From: Felis catus
Lineage: Eukaryota
DNA: 64,000 nt
Assembly (NCBI RefSeq): GCF_018350175.1
Contig: NC_058368.1
Span: 235,478,001 to 235,542,000, forward strand
Direction: 5' to 3'
The stretch's first letter is position 1. The number at the start of each line of letters is the position of its first letter. A program made the position numbers and the translations under genes. Below, one piece after another: positions 26,198 through 40,400 of this stretch. The notes under the pieces are model-generated. The model did no database searches. It saw only the letters and a program-made list of their open reading frames with translations, and was not told the origin of the DNA.

Positions 26198-28399
26198 TCT
26201 CTGCCCAAATCAAAGCGTCTCAGACTTTAGGAACTATGCCTTCAGGATACCCACCAAAACATGGAGCCTAACTTTGTAACCACTAAAGAATCTGGGGGGT
26301 CTGGAAGGATTCGTTGTTACAGTGTGTTTACATTCATTGTTACAAGCATCACCAACGATGCTTGAGTGAACTGGCTCCAGATTCTGAACGGCCACATTAA
26401 AAATGGGCTGTTCACTCAATACCTAGGAAAGGCCTCTGCAAGATGACGGATACGAACAGCGTGGACCTGGGAGGAGGTCACCATAAAGTCTGGAGAAGGG
26501 TGCACGCAGGGAGGGCGCACGTGGGAAAGACATGGGATGGGATGCCCGAAAATGCTCGCAATGACCTTGGGTCAGAGGGTGGTCTGTTTGCAACATTTGT
26601 AGCGAAAACTAATCACAACATCTACAAATTTGGGCCTTCCGGAAAACAGACATCTGTCTTGCTGACGTCACAGACACTGGGAAGCCGGAGGCGGGGGCCG
26701 GAGGGCCCTGACCTCCCAGGCGACCTCACCTGACCTCCTATTAGCCCACAGCCTGTCTCCCCACCTGCCCTGCTTCTCCCTCCCTCTCCTTCTCCTCTCC
26801 CTCCCTCCCTGGAAGGCTCTGCATCGAAAGCCTAAAAAGGGGTGCCCGAGGGCGGGAGGACACAGGCCAAGCAGAGAGCTGACTGTCTGGTTTGTCTTTG
26901 ATCCGTCTTACAATTGTTGACTGACACAGTGACACAGAAAACCGAACCAGAAAGCAGGACAGGGGCCCCATAAAACACACACCTGTGTACTTGTGCACAC
27001 GTGCACACACCCACGCACACACGGAAATTCCCGCCCCAGCAGAGGGGAGAGAGGAGGGCAGACTCCCAGTCCGCCCCCCTCCCCGCACCGGGGCTCTGCC
27101 CCCCGGGCTGGGCCCAGACTGCACCCCTGAACCCCTAGGGAGCGGCCAGGCGTCACAGGGCCCATGGCCTGGCTGCTTGGGACCAGGCTTAGGTTATGTT
27201 CTAAGAAACTGCTTTTCACAGTTAAGCCAGACCTACAGAGAATCACAGGAGATGAGGTTTTTGTTCTGCCCAAAGACCTGAAAGTCTGTGCTCACAGGCT
27301 TGGCTAAGAACAGTCCCATTTCCTCTCTCGACCCTGACTCTTTGCCTTCATTTCTGTATGGAGCCTATCAGATCCTTCAGCACGTCCCCCCAGCGCGCTC
27401 TCAAAGTCCTGCCCGCTCCTCTGGTGTCAACCCACTGAGGTCACCGGTGTGTCCCCATCGGTAACCTCACCCGCAGGAAACACGGCAAGACCTACATATT
27501 CAGCAAAATAGAAGAGCCCCATGTCTGTGTACCGCGTCTATGTGTTTTCTCAAAAGGCCTTCTTGGGTTCGTCACCAGAGACTTGTGCTCACCTTAAGCG
27601 GATGATTGGCGGACTCAAGACCTCGGGCAGTGCGTTCTTTGGGTAAAGGCCGGTGTCACAGAATGGGACACGGCCAAGGACAGATGCCAAGATACCAGCC
27701 GGGAGGACAAAGGGAAGACAGACTTCCCACACGGAAGAGATTTCGGAGTACCAAACACAATGACAGTTTGGGCATTAGCGTGGGGCGAGCGGCGTCACGT
27801 CGGGAGGCCCAGGCTTCCCATGACCACAGGGTGATGTGCTGCTCCCCGATCCTGGGCGCTGCGACAGAGCCCGGCCCAGCGACCTGAGTCAGCAGCGGGG
27901 AGGCTGAGAAATGAGAAGACATTTACAGGATGCCTCTCTGCATCTTCCTTAAAATGCTGCATCCAACAAACTAAGCCATCTGTTACCCAAACTGAAGCTT
28001 CCGGGCGGTACCTCGTGCTCTCCGTTCACACCACTTGCCCCTACGCTGCCTTGACGTCCTGCCCCTTGGCCTTTGTCACACCACAGCTGGAAAATGGTGA
28101 GCGGTGCTTTGACCCCTCAGCTGTAGCACTTATAAGCGTACACGCCCGTGCACACACTTCTCCAAGGTTCCGTGAGCCCTCACGCAGCCCCTCCCCCCCC
28201 ACGTGTGTCCAGAAACACACACTACTTTGAAGATGGTACCATCATGCAAAATAGGGAGGAATGTGTTCAGCATCCCTGCCCTGGGGCCACATGGGTAGCA
28301 AGATCATTAAGTAACTCCCTCTTCCTTTGAGAGTTTTCTAACCGGCACTGTCCCGTTTCTGAGGCGGACCGTAACGTTAACAGAAAAGAATAGGACCTG

Positions 28400-28560
28400 A
28401 CATTTAGTTGGCTGGCCGAGGTGTTAAGAGCTTGACAGGTATTATCTCATTTAATCCTTAAAGGAACCCTAGACGGTAGATTACATCATTATCCTCATTT
28501 TATAGATGGGCTCCCCAAGGCGTAAAAGGCTTAAGTGGCTCGTAAGATCGCGGGTTTCTA
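28400..28560 (-). mobile_element. MIR fragment
   Basis: attatctcatttaatcct...attatcctcattttatagatg matches the MIR core. Confidence 0.7.
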
Positions 28561-30214
28561 AGAGGCACGGCCTCCTCTCCACTTCTGGCGGTCTGGTCAA
28601 AAGCATCACGCTGTATGTTACAGCTCATCTAGGCACCACGGGTCACCTCCTCACACGGTCCTTTCCTCCACTGTAAGATATGCACGGAGATATTTTAACC
28701 TCTGCTTTGGTTTTTGTTTGAGGCAGAAAGAGATTCATAACATTTTCTGTTTTAGAACGCTTCATACACGGAGAACAATTTTCTAAGCTATATTTCACGG
28801 CCCGCCGAGTAAAGGCCTGGAACAGGGCAACTCGGATTCTGAACGATGAAACTCACATCCGGGTACTGCTTCCTTCTTTGTGTCCAGAAGCAAGAGGGAG
28901 GGGACAGGAGCCCCGGGGAAGCTTCTGGCCGTGGAGGCGTGGAGGGCACCTGTCTCTGGGTAACAGCGGGTGACCCCGTACCACCCTTTCCAAACACGGC
29001 CCTCACATATAAATCAAAACGGTGTCGAGATCCTGCATTTGTCCCCTTGACAAATATGCCCGCGGTGGCTGCGATGGTACAATGTTCGACCCCAGGACAC
29101 GACGGCTAATAAAAAGCAGCAAAGGCCACTAACCGACCACCACCCAGGACTGCGCCAGCGCTGTCACAGAACCCAAACACAGAGAAGGCAGCAGAGAACA
29201 AAATCAGACATACGCCCAGGTCACGTGTTACAGGGCCACGAACATCCGGGCCATGGGAAGTGAGAGTGGCGCTGGTCTGGGGCGGTGGGGACCACCACCA
29301 GCTGCCCGGGGGCGTCTTGGGGCTCCTCACTGGTGAGTGAACACGGCAGACACACGCTCAGGACTCAGGCAGGTAAAACCAGGGGACGGAGTCCCTTCCT
29401 CAGGCCCAAGGAAAAGTTCAGAACATGAGAAAACTCACAGGGAAGAAACCGGTGTGGAAGAGAATCAAGACCAAAGAGAAACAAACCAAGGCGATGGTCG
29501 ATTCAGGAGGAATGTTGGAAGGATGAGATGGGGGCACGCAGACGTCTTTCCGCTTCAGGACACTTGCCCCTTTCCACGCGGCCGAGGCGCCCAGATCCTG
29601 GGCATTCTGCGCAGATTAACTCAAGAGCTTAGATGAAATTATCCGATCAATCCGCTATGGCCATTCACCTCCACGACTGCCTCCACCTGATGTCTGGCTG
29701 CTGTTTCCCCATGATTAAATCAGATCATGAGTAAAGGAGCAAAGAAAAGGCAGGTTGAGGGGGCTGCTGGCTAGGCCGTCGACGGTATCCGCACGCCCCA
29801 GCCTGCAGGCTGCGAGGGCTCACCATCCCCAGGGGCAACATAAAACATTACGGGCCAGGTGCCTATCGGGTGGCTCAGGGATGCCCAAATCCTAGACTAT
29901 TAAAACGGAAACGGCACGACTCAGCCACACATCAAATGCACTTGCAGATGGCAGGACCACTCCAGCTCTTAATGTGAAATGTATTTCCCCAGCCCGTATA
30001 AACGAGAAGAGACATAAAAGTGAATTTAAATATTTCTTTGAGTGTTTTCAAATTTCTGAATATTCTGAGAAAATAAAAATATACACAGACAGCCATATGC
30101 CCAATAGCATTTAGGGTTCCTGGGTTCTGTTTTTACAGCAGGTTATGGATAATTGTGTTTCAGGCGAGCTTCCTGTAGAAAGGGGTCTCCTCAACCATGT
30201 AGCTGAACGCTTAC

Positions 30215-30425
30215 TTTTTTATTTTTATTTATTTTTTAATGTTTATTTGTTCTTGAGAGAGAGAGACAGAGTATGGGTGGGGAGGGGCAGAGAGAGAGGG
30301 AGACATAGAATCGGAAGACTCTGAGCTGTCACCAGAGTCCAATGAGGGGCTCAAACTCACGAACCACGAGATCATGGCCTAAGCTGAAGTCAGATGCTTA
30401 ACCGACTGAGCCACCCAGGCGCCCC
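30215..30425 (-). mobile_element. Can-SINE
   Basis: Canonical body, flanked by a degenerate TSD beginning tgtagctga. Confidence 0.9.
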
Positions 30426-32856
30426 TGTAGCTGAGTATTTATTAAGACTCAGGCATTGGTTCTCTGATGGAGGGCACATCTGCTAAGCAATTTCTCAACA
30501 GTGCTTACAATCGCTCAACTACTTGTCAGAAAGAAAAATCACGTAGTACACAGGAATGCCAGGATCGAACTGGTCAATATTTTTAAATGATCCATATGAA
30601 CAGGTAAGAGAGGAGGAGCATAGTGTTTAAAGGATACAGTAAGGAAGTCGAAGAGAACCAGCCTCTAACTGCGGAGAGCCCAAAGCTACCTCCTGCCCAT
30701 GGAAGGTGGTGACTTTTATGAGCACTGCACTCAGGCTTTACCTCTACCTTTACATGGAAACCGGCTCTGGCCAGCTCTCGGGAAATCATTTTTAAATCTT
30801 CACATTTTGCCAAAGTGTCTGGAAGGGGAGTACACGGTCTGAAAGACTATGATTTGATCAGACTATCTCCAAGTTTTCACTAATTCTAAGTGTAGAGTGA
30901 ATTCCAGCTGGGGTCAAAAGCCCTATCCTTCTTTTATGAGGAAACAGAAACCGATCATCTAGGTAAAACTGTAGGAAACCTAAGGACAACGAGAAGAGAT
31001 TCCACAAATGAACGCACGCAGTCTCTGGGTCTCTGGGTCTCTGGGGAAGCATGCATCATATCTGCCGCTTGTGCTAGAGATTCATGGATGTGTCACGAAT
31101 GAGCACTGAAGGTCCTTGAAATCAGAGGAGGGAGAAGGAAACCAGAGTGGGTGAATTCCTGGGATCTGCTCGGGGTCTAGATGATTCCCCGGTGTGCGTA
31201 GGTGACAGCTGTGCCTGGCATGGTCACACTGAGCGTACCGTGTCCTAATGCGCCCCTGAGCCCCAAGGGTGGTGGTCATGGTCATTTACGGATGGCCCTT
31301 TGACGTCCTCATGCGTCTATTCTGCTTCACGAGGAACTGGCCAGAATCTCCGATTTCCCTGATGCACTGACCTGTCCTAAATGGCATAGGGACATGCTGG
31401 AACTTTTGCTGTTGGCAGTCAAGACCATCTTTCCGGTTCCAGGGCAGCAGGACTTGAAGCCCCACAGCAGGAGCAGGGTGGGCAGAGCCAGGCGTGACCA
31501 TGTGACGGGAACGTGACCTCGGACGGACACTTGAACCCACCGCCCCTGATCTGGGAGGTGTGCCCAAACTGGGGAGCCTCTAGCAACAAGTAAGGATCCC
31601 TGCTTCCTGGCAAGGGATAAGCTACCCCATTTCACCTGGGCCCTTTGAGCACACTTGGAGACATGAGCGGGGGTGGACATCACAGCCCAACCCCCCGAGG
31701 AAGGTGCTCTCTCTCCAGGAAATTAATCAGGGTGTTGGATAAAGACACGGAGGCATTTTTACGAACTCGGTTCAAAGGTAACCCAATGCAGGGAGGAAAG
31801 AACGGGAACCATTTCACATTGGTCTCTGGGACCTAGAAGGCCAAGCTCAGCCTTTAGTTATAGTTTAAAAATGCATATATATGCTTTTCTAAGATTCAGA
31901 GCATTCTAGCGAAGTAAGGATGGGGACGATGTCATCTGAAGCGGTTGCTGTGACAAGAGAGGGTGATGTCAGCCAATTGGCAGACTAACTGGGTTGACAG
32001 CATGGGGGCCATCTCGGGGAGACCCAGGCTGCCCCGCTGCGACTGAGACGTTCAAGGTCGGCTGGACCCTCACTCCCTGTGCCTCGCTCTCCGGTCCTCT
32101 GCGTATTCAGACCTGCGCACACCTGAGTCCCTCCTCTCTCCAGATTGTTTGTGTTTTTGAGGACACAGCCAGCGTATATAATTTTTCTTTACAGACCTCT
32201 ATCTTAGCATAACACCTCACACATTTAAGGAGGAAGGGCTGGGTTGAAGTCCTCCTTCCGTGGCTGGAGTGTGCGGATGCACCACAGTTCATCAGCTGCA
32301 ACGCTAACATTTCATGTGAACTAACGATGATGTTACTGTTTCACTGTTCAACTCACAGACCAGGGGAATTAAGTAAGTCTCTGGATCTTTCCCCCCTGGC
32401 TTCAAGATGTTTGAGGCTCAGATCTGTGCCCACAAATGTTTGCTGACTCCACAAGTAAGGAATAAACGAATGCTTTGACATCAATAAGACGGGGGCAAGG
32501 TTGCCAATGACCCCATTCCATTTTCTAGCCCTAATCACTAAACTAATGAAGCTTACTTGTACTATTGGTAGATGGTGAAGAGAATATTCTTGGAAAAGTA
32601 TGAGAGAGGCTGGTTTACAAGCTACTTTTAAGATTTGTCTGAGAAATTTTAATTGTGAATCAGATAAATAGTTTCACTTGAAAGAAAAGCATTATCCCCA
32701 GCTATTGCACCGTGCATTTTGGAGAGTTTAAAACGTAACTATAAGCCAAATTTTAATAAGCATTTCACTTGGAAGTAAATCAGTGGTTTGAGATTATTTG
32801 AAATGCACTGAACCAACTGAATCGGACGCTGATTTTTTTTAAATTACAGCATATGA

Positions 32857-33075
32857 GGGGGTGCCTGGGTGGCTCAGTAGGTTGAGTGCCTGACTTCGGT
32901 TCAGGTCATGATCTCATGATTTGTGAGTTTGAGCCCTGTGTCAGGCTCCGTGCTGACAGCTCAGAGCCCGGAGCCTGCTTTGGATTCTGTGTCTCCCTCT
33001 CTCTCTCTGCCCCTCCTGCACTCATGCCCTCTCTCTCTCTCTCTCTCTCAAAAATAAATAAACATTTAAAAAAAT
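32857..33075 (+). mobile_element. Can-SINE
   Basis: Canonical body; TSD aaattacagcata. Confidence 0.9.
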
Positions 33076-33500
33076 TAAATTACAGCATAAGTAATTTTGA
33101 GAAATGGCTGCTGTCTTTACATTAGAAACAAAAGTCTAGTGACGACATCACCATGTGAAAAAAGTCACCGCCTTAGACTCAGACGTAATCAGCAAAGCCA
33201 GTTCCTGTGCTAACAGTACCCTTGGCTTCCTGTCTCTCTGTGTTAAGTCCTTATCCCCTCACCTATGTCAAGACACCAACCGAGAGCCCAGGGAAGGCAC
33301 AACTAAGCAGGATTACAGAAGTAAAAAATGTGGTTGAATCATAAAAGTGAGTGGAAAGGAAAAAAAAAAAAAAAAAGGAGCAGAGAGAGCTTGTCAGAAA
33401 AGATGAAAGGCCGGATCTGCCCAGTGTCTTTCAGGAAATCTTATCTTCTACAGAGAGATGGGCCCATTAGAATAGATAAGGGAATGGGATCCTTTTAAAA

Positions 33501-33510
33501 TCATCACCAC

Positions 33511-33544
<34 letters not shown>
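33501..33544. repeat. (CAT)n microsatellite
   Basis: catcaccaccatcatcatcat... run. Confidence 0.9.
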
Positions 33545-34807
33545 TTTCCTCCACGGATGCCAGGTAATATTTCTTGAATGAAACCAGAGGTGGGGGAGTT
33601 TTCCAAGTGTCTCTCTTCCCATTCATTAATTCCCTAACTGGGTCATTTAAATACCTCCTTGTAGACATCACGTTCACGGGGAGACAGGCTAAGAAAAGAA
33701 TGCTTTAAAGGTTTCGCAACCCAGGATGTTGGAAGGTCTATGCAGCTAGAGATCTTAAAAATAGAACACGTGCAGGAAAAAATGAAAATGGTGCCTATAC
33801 CTTCCCCTTTCCCCGGGGGATCGGGTTGAGAATGTGGGCGATGCACTGACAGAAGCCACCGAGAAACCAAGACAGTAGACAAGTGCTCTATCAGATCTGC
33901 TGGCGAATTTGGTTGTTCTCTCATACAACTGAAAAAGCGAGAATGGATTCTTTCTGAGTCGTCAGCCTCCAATGTTCATCATGTAGACAGTTATAATGCA
34001 GAATTGAAATATCCTGGCCTACCTTGTAGAAGTGAGAGACTCCCATAGCACAGAATCAACGAAGCAGTTGATAAACTGTAAGTAACTAAGGATTTATCGG
34101 CAGAAGGCCTGTGTCATCAGGTATCAGCAGATCCTGAAGGGCCAAAGTTCAGAAAGGTTTAGACAGTGAATTCTGGTCAAGTGTTTAATCAAGACGGCCA
34201 CTTATAATCAAGTCTGGGGAACGAAAAGCCCCTGCCTCCAAATAAATCACTGTCATTAACCTCTGGCAAATAACCATGTGATTACGACTATTGGGAGACG
34301 TCTGACAAGTCTACTAAACGTGGATCAAAACACAGCGGGCGTTAAGACCGAACAAGAGGAATCTGAACCGTCAAGTGGTCATGAAACTAAGAGGTGGCCA
34401 CTCCGCGAGGGGCCTCGTCTCACTACATTTTGGTCTTGTGTTCAGGGGACTGCAGTCCCCGTCAGTCATTAGGTGCTCTATTACGAAAGGAAGATGGCAA
34501 TTTGAAAACACACTGTGCTTCGCTGGTAGAATAATCTTTGTTAAAGAATGTGAACGGACGCCAGCCAGCGAGACACGGGTACCGCTGGAGTCTGGCAGTG
34601 GTGGGAATAAAATGGGGTCAGCGGAGCTGCTTGAACCCCTGCTGCCTGCTGGGTGATCTGGGCCGATTCCCGAGACTTCTGTCGAAGTACCCCTCTGTCT
34701 CGGGACACAGGCAGGTCTGGTTTCTGGCAGGAAGACGCTCAGAGGAGCCACATCCTATACGAGGTGGTAAAGGACATGCATCCTGTGCCCCATCTGCTTG
34801 CCGAAGG

Positions 34808-35150
34808 GAGTAGCAACGCGGGTGGAAGTGGAGAGTGTTACGCCAAGTGAAATAAGTCAGGCAGAGGAAGACAGACACCATATGTTTTCACTCTTACGTG
34901 GATCCTGAGAAACTTAACAGAAGACCATGGGGGAGGGGGAGGGGGGAAAAGTTAGAGAGAGGGAAGGAGGCAAACCATAAGAGCCTCTTAAATAACAAGA
35001 ACAAACTGAGGATTGATGGGGGGGGGATGGGGAAGAGGGGAAAGTGGGTGATGGGCACTGAGGAGGGCACCTGTTGGGATGAGCACTGGGCGTTGTATGG
35101 AAACCAATGTGACAATAAATTACATGTAAAAAAAAAAAAAAGAGAGAGAA
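34808..35150 (+). mobile_element. 5'-truncated L1 3' end (felid/carnivore type)
   Basis: ORF2 terminus agtgaaataagtcag...catatgttttcactc, G-rich 3' UTR, gacaataaa and poly-A. Confidence 0.85.
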
Positions 35151-35680
35151 ACCCTAATTTCCCACCAACTTTCCATTCAAACTGAAAACAAACAACACAT
35201 TTGCTGACTCTACCATGCAATTCTTCAAGCAAATGATTATGGAATAAGTTCTGGGTTGGTGTATAATCTGCAGAAGCATGAGGGATGTTGTCAGATTGGA
35301 AGATAAAGGGAAGAGAAGTAAGTATGATTGGACGTTAGTTTTCCCATGTCACACACAGGGGATGCCCACGAACATAGTCTGGTTCCACCATTTCCTGAAT
35401 GGCATAACACGGCAGCTTGTCTGGCCCCATCCCCAGCGAGGGGGGGCCCCACGTAATTCTCCACAGCAGTATTTTTCCTTAAAAAGCTCTTCATGTCAGA
35501 ATTTAAATATGATGATTGAAATATTTCGTTCTTAGTTTATAATGGGAAGGGTTAGCACATGTCAAGCACACTGGTGCTAACTGTCCAGAACGATTACGTT
35601 TTTTCATTAATCTTTGTTTTCCTCTATTTACTTCAGGCCTTTCGTTTAGACCAACTATTAAGAATGTATGAATTCATTTT

Positions 35681-36663
35681 TTCTTTAATTTAAACTCAAA
35701 TTAGTTAACATATAGTGTTGCATTGGTTTGGCTGACGGTCATAAGTGGGAAGGATATAGCAATCCAGGCCTTCCTATGGAAGGAGAAAAGGTCTCAGATA
35801 CACAACTTAACCTTATACCTGAAGGAACTGGAAAAAGAATAGCAAATAAAGACCAAAACCAGCAGAAGAAAGGAAATAATAAAGATTAGAGCAGAAATCA
35901 ATGATACAGAAATAAAAAAATAAAAAAAAAAAAACAAAAAAAACAGTAGAACAGATCAATGAAATTAGGAGCTGGTTCTTTGAAAGAATTAATAAAACTG
36001 ATAACCCCCAGCCAAACTTATCAAAAAGACAAAGGAAAGGACCCAAGGAAATAAAATCATGAACGAAAGAGGAGAGGTCACAACCAACACTTTAGAAATA
36101 TATACAGGAGAATATTATGAGCAATTATATGCCAACAAATTGGGCAATCTGGAAGAAACGGATAAATTCCTAGAAACATAAACTACCAAAAGTGAAACGG
36201 GAGGAAATAGAAAATTTGAACAGACCCATAACCAATAAAGAAATGGAGTCAGTAATCAACACTTTCCCAAGGAACAAGAGTTCGGGGCTGGATGGCTTCC
36301 CAGGGGAATTCTACCAGACATTTAAAAAGGAATTAACATCTCTTCTTTTGAAGTTGTTCCAAAAAAATGGAAATAGAAAGAAAACTTCCAAACTCATTCT
36401 ATGGAGGCCAGAATTACCTTGATTCCAAAACCAGACACAGACCCCACTAAAAAGGAGAATTACAGACCAATTTCTCTCATGAACATGGATGCAAAAATTC
36501 CCAACAAGATACTAGCAAACCGAATCCAAGAGCACGTTCAAAGAATGATTCACCACGATCAAAATTTATTCCTGGGCTACAGAGCTGATTCAGTATCTGC
36601 AAATCAATCAACGTGATACATCACATTAATAAAGAAAGGGTAAGAACTCTATAATCCTCTCAG
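35681..36663. mobile_element. 5'-inverted L1 insertion: 3' end on - strand at about 35681-35730, ORF2 fragment on + strand at about 35731-36663
   Basis: Broken ORF2 peptides ([39 protein letters not shown]); identical 16-bp flanks tgtatgaattcatttt. Confidence 0.85.
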
Positions 36664-36699
36664 TGTATGAATTCATTTTCCTTTTTTGTTTTAAAATCC

Positions 36700-36900
36700 T
36701 TTTTAAAGTTTATTTATTTTGAGAAAGTGCATGTGCGCATGAGCAGGGGAGGGGCAGAGAGGAGGAGAAAGAGAATCCCTAGCAAGATCTATTCTTTCAG
36801 AGCAGAGTCTGACACGGGGCTCAATCTCACAATCTTGAGATCACAACCTGAGCCGATATCGAGAGTCAGATACTTACCTGACTGAGCCACCCAGGCAGCC
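36700..36900 (-). mobile_element. Can-SINE
   Basis: Ends ctgagccacccaggcagcc. Confidence 0.88.
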
Positions 36901-37736
36901 CGTTATTTTTTCTTTATTCATTCATTAGATTCTTAATTTATGCAAGTTCCCATTTTGTGTACCTTTTTCTATAACTTAAAGACACAACTGTCTAAATTAA
37001 TTAATCATTAAAAGCTGGAATTCGCAAAGCTGAAATCCATTTGCCCATATCAAAACTTGTCTGTTTTCTAAATCTAGAATTTAGTATTTTGCTCCCAAAT
37101 TTGAAAAATTGACTCGCCACCCTTTGCCAGAGCATATGTCTGGCTCTGGCTGAAAATGTTCCTGTCGTCAGCCAACGTTATCAATTTTAGACATTCGTTG
37201 ATGGTCCAATTTTTATGGTATCAGGATGACCAAGCCATTGACTGTCATGTGAAATTCTTCTTCCTGACATGCTGTTTCTAGTCATTTCCACCACGATTTG
37301 CATAAAGTTCCTGTAGTTTCTGGGTGAATTTCAATATAGGACTTCGCAGTAAATTTGAGCAAGACCATTCGACCCAAACCTCAGTCTGCATCACAGTATT
37401 TTCAAGGTAAAGCTTCTACTTCTCATCACCAACACGATACGTAGAATTTGAGTGACTTTCATTTGAATAATCTCAACTCACGAAACTACTCTTTATCAAA
37501 TCTTCACTTGGGTGCAAAGCAGAAACCGGTTCACCAAACGACTCCCTCAGAGCAACATGCTGACATAGATGGACGAGAGAAGGCAGGCCCGGCCTTCCGG
37601 TGACACGCAGGGCCGTTGCCCTCTGCTCTCCCTCTGGGGATGGGGCCGCCTGCCAGGATGTGGTGTGGACCCGTGAGTGCAGTGTGCCCGTGGCCCCTCG
37701 GCGCCCCCCACCTGAGAGGTGTGAGAGGTGACCTAC

Positions 37737-37875
37737 CCCCTCCGCAGGAGACCGAACACTCGGAGCGAATGATGGCCCATGTGTAACGAGGCTGGCCACT
37801 GGGCTTCTTCTCACCCCGCAACCGGGGCACCGAGTACTCCCAGGCGACACCCGGGTTCCTTCCCTGAAACAGAAG
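37737..37875 (-). CDS. ADAMTS16: ADAMTS16 coding exon (approx. exon 17): end of spacer and start of TSR2
   Basis: Translates LLFQGRNPGVAWEYSVPRLRGEKKPSGQPRYTWAIIRSECSVSCGG(G). Acceptor ttttctag|CTT; donor G|gtaggt. 139 bp. Confidence 0.95.
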
Positions 37876-39307
37876 CTAGAAAATGAAAAGGGGGCAGAGA
37901 AAACAAGTTAAAATGGAACTGATAAATATAAGCTAGTTTTTAAATAGTACTGAAGCGACAACATCAACAGGAAGTTGGTTACGTGATGAACACCGTCCAT
38001 CCTCTAAAACGTATACGAACTTTCTAGACGGAAGCGAACGCTCAAGAAGAAGCAAGCGCATCTAGAAAAATGTAGACATTCGACTCGTCTGCCTTACGTT
38101 TCGTGTGTTCCTCTCTTCAAGGCTTCAAACACCTCTGCAACCTAACTCGGGTATCTGGTTATTTCCCCCTGTGTTTCCTTGGGATCCCCTGCAAATCCCG
38201 TCCATCTGAGCCCATCAGAAAGCAACGCCTATAAAGCACTCTCACGCTTCCTGGTGCGTTCTAAGCAGTCAGGACTCATGAGTGGATATTACCCATGCCA
38301 CCCATCAAAGCTACGGCAGCGTACTTTCCAGTGTGACCGGATGCAGGGGTCTTTGGCCGACTGGCACATTCCAGGGGAAAAACACCTATCCGTAAAGATC
38401 TCTCAAGTTGAGCCTACCTTAGCACCTTGAATTTGGACTCTTCACCTCCTAGTTTAAAACGCAATCGTATGGACCAGTTACCTTTGCACTCGTGAATGTG
38501 TCAGATTGCTGACCTCAGGGAGAATGCTTTTTACTTTGGAAGCCTCACCATTGATCACCGGACAGAAATCCCATCTCTGAGTCTGGGAGCCTTTATTGGT
38601 GCTGATGTGATATTCCAGGGGGGTCAGATATTCTCTGACCACCCGGCACCACAGTCCCCCCACCCCTGACAACACAGCTCTTGGGTCTTAGTTGAGGAAG
38701 GTGTTGTAGGACAGGTACAGGTGGCTGCATGGTGAGGCCCCTGAGATGCTCTCCTGTCTGACATCCTGAGCCTTTGCAAATCTTCTTCCATCCAGAACAG
38801 TTCCTAATAAGCCACACTCACCTTCGCCCTTGACCTATCTCTGTTCTGTGCCATTATTAGAGCTAAAGCCTGCGCTGGTGGGAGAGAAATCATCAGGGTG
38901 AAATAAGGTGATGAGAACAGCTCAGGGGAGGCAGAGGGGGGATGTGTGCGGAGAGGCCCGGGGAAGCATCTCCCAGGAAGATACAAGAGGACAGGAGGGG
39001 GCTGCCTGGCCCCGAGAGCAGGTGGGGGGAGTCTGGGTGGCTCACATCTGCATACTGGTTGTAGGCTGACGGGACAACATTTGAACCAAGTACTGTAACT
39101 GTGCACAGAAAGGCAAAAAGGTGGGGCGTTAGGTGCCAGGGGATGAAAGGTAACAAGCCCACCGCCCCCTTCAATGCTTAGATGAGTCTTGCTTCGGACA
39201 CATTCTCAAACTATAATCATTATTCTGTGTTCTTGAAGTTATGCCAACGGCCGTCAATCTGCAACAATCCCCGATCCCAGCCCGAAAATCAGACGGCTGG
39301 CACCTAC

Positions 39308-39552
39308 CTCCACAACCAGTGTTTCGTTGGTTGGCCCAGAAGAGGTCAAACTCTCCGGCTCATGGGAGGTCCGTCTATAATCAAACGTGGTGCCTGCGAA
39401 CTTGTATCGACCCGGCCAGTCCACCGTCCAGTGCCCGTTCAGGTAGTATTTTCGGAGGGCATTGCGCACAGAGATGTAGGACGTCGACACGTTCATTTCG
39501 CGGACGTGAATACTCCGGGCTCCAGAAGGAATGGTGACCATCTGATAATACT
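39308..39552 (-). CDS. ADAMTS16: ADAMTS16 coding exon (approx. exon 16): spacer domain
   Basis: Translates (Q)YYQMVTIPSGARSIHVREMNVSTSYISVRNALRKYYLNGHWTVDWPGRYKFAGTTFDYRRTSHEPESLTSSGPTNETLVVE. Acceptor tttaacgtag|AG; donor GAG|gtaggt. 245 bp. Confidence 0.96.
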
Positions 39553-39824
39553 CTACGTTAAAGGAAACAGGAGTGGGAAGAATGTGGTATTTCATTCAAG
39601 AATGCCGAGGCAAAATCCCTACGCTGGGGTTCCCCACAACTCAAACCTGAGAATCCACGCTGGGAACCAGGAGAATTTTGGCAATCGGTGCCATGAGGCC
39701 TTGAAGTCACTTGTGTTTTTCTTTTCTTTTAATTGAAGCAGAGCTATTATAAATTTCATTGTTCCTAAGAACCACTTGAATTCAAATAACCTAGCAACCA
39801 CTTTCCATCAAAAGGAAAGGCTTG

Positions 39825-40255
39825 GAGGGCACCTGGGTGGCTCAGTCGGTTGAGTGTCCGACTCTTGACTCTGGCTCAGTTTATGATCTCACAGTTCGTG
39901 GGACTGAGTCCCATGTCAGGCTCCACACTGTCAGTGAGGAGCCTGCTTGGGATTCTCTCTCTCCCCCTTTCGCTGCCCCTCCCCCACTCATGCTCTCTCT
40001 CCCTCTTTCTCAAAATAAATACTCTTTATTTTAAGAAAGTAAGTTGGGGCGCCTGGGTGCCTCAGTCGGTCAAGCATCTGACTTTGGCTCAGGTCACGAT
40101 CTCACGGTTTGTGGGTTCCAGCCCCGCATCGGGCTCTGGGCTAACAGCATGGAGCCTGCTTGGAATTGATTCTCTCTCTTCCTCTCTCTCTGCCCCTCGC
40201 CTGCTCTCTCCCTCTCTCAAAATAAATAAACTTAAAAAAAAATTTTTTTTAAAAC
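39825..40255 (+). mobile_element. Two tandem Can-SINEs (39825-40035 and 40046-40255) in the 848-bp intron 15
   Basis: Two heads (gagggcacctgggtggctcag and ggggcgcctgggtgcctcag), each with a CT tract and aataaa tail. Confidence 0.9.
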
Positions 40256-40400
40256 AATTAAGGAAAGGCTTGACAGGCGGAGTAGGGAAGGAGACTGTCG
40301 GTCTTTTCAGGACCCTTGATGCCTGCTGTTGCCACGGAAACCCCAGGTGTCCCTTCCAGGAGGTTCTGGTTTACGTCTCCCTCGTACTCCTCGTACTCAC

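Noticed and set aside
36192..36616. Reverse-transcriptase-like ORFs suggesting an active or domesticated element
   Set aside because: This is a frameshifted L1 ORF2 fragment under 1 kb that stops before the RT catalytic core.
39182..39736. 184-aa + strand ORF
   Set aside because: It is the antisense shadow of ADAMTS16 exon 16, with no recognisable domain or splice support.
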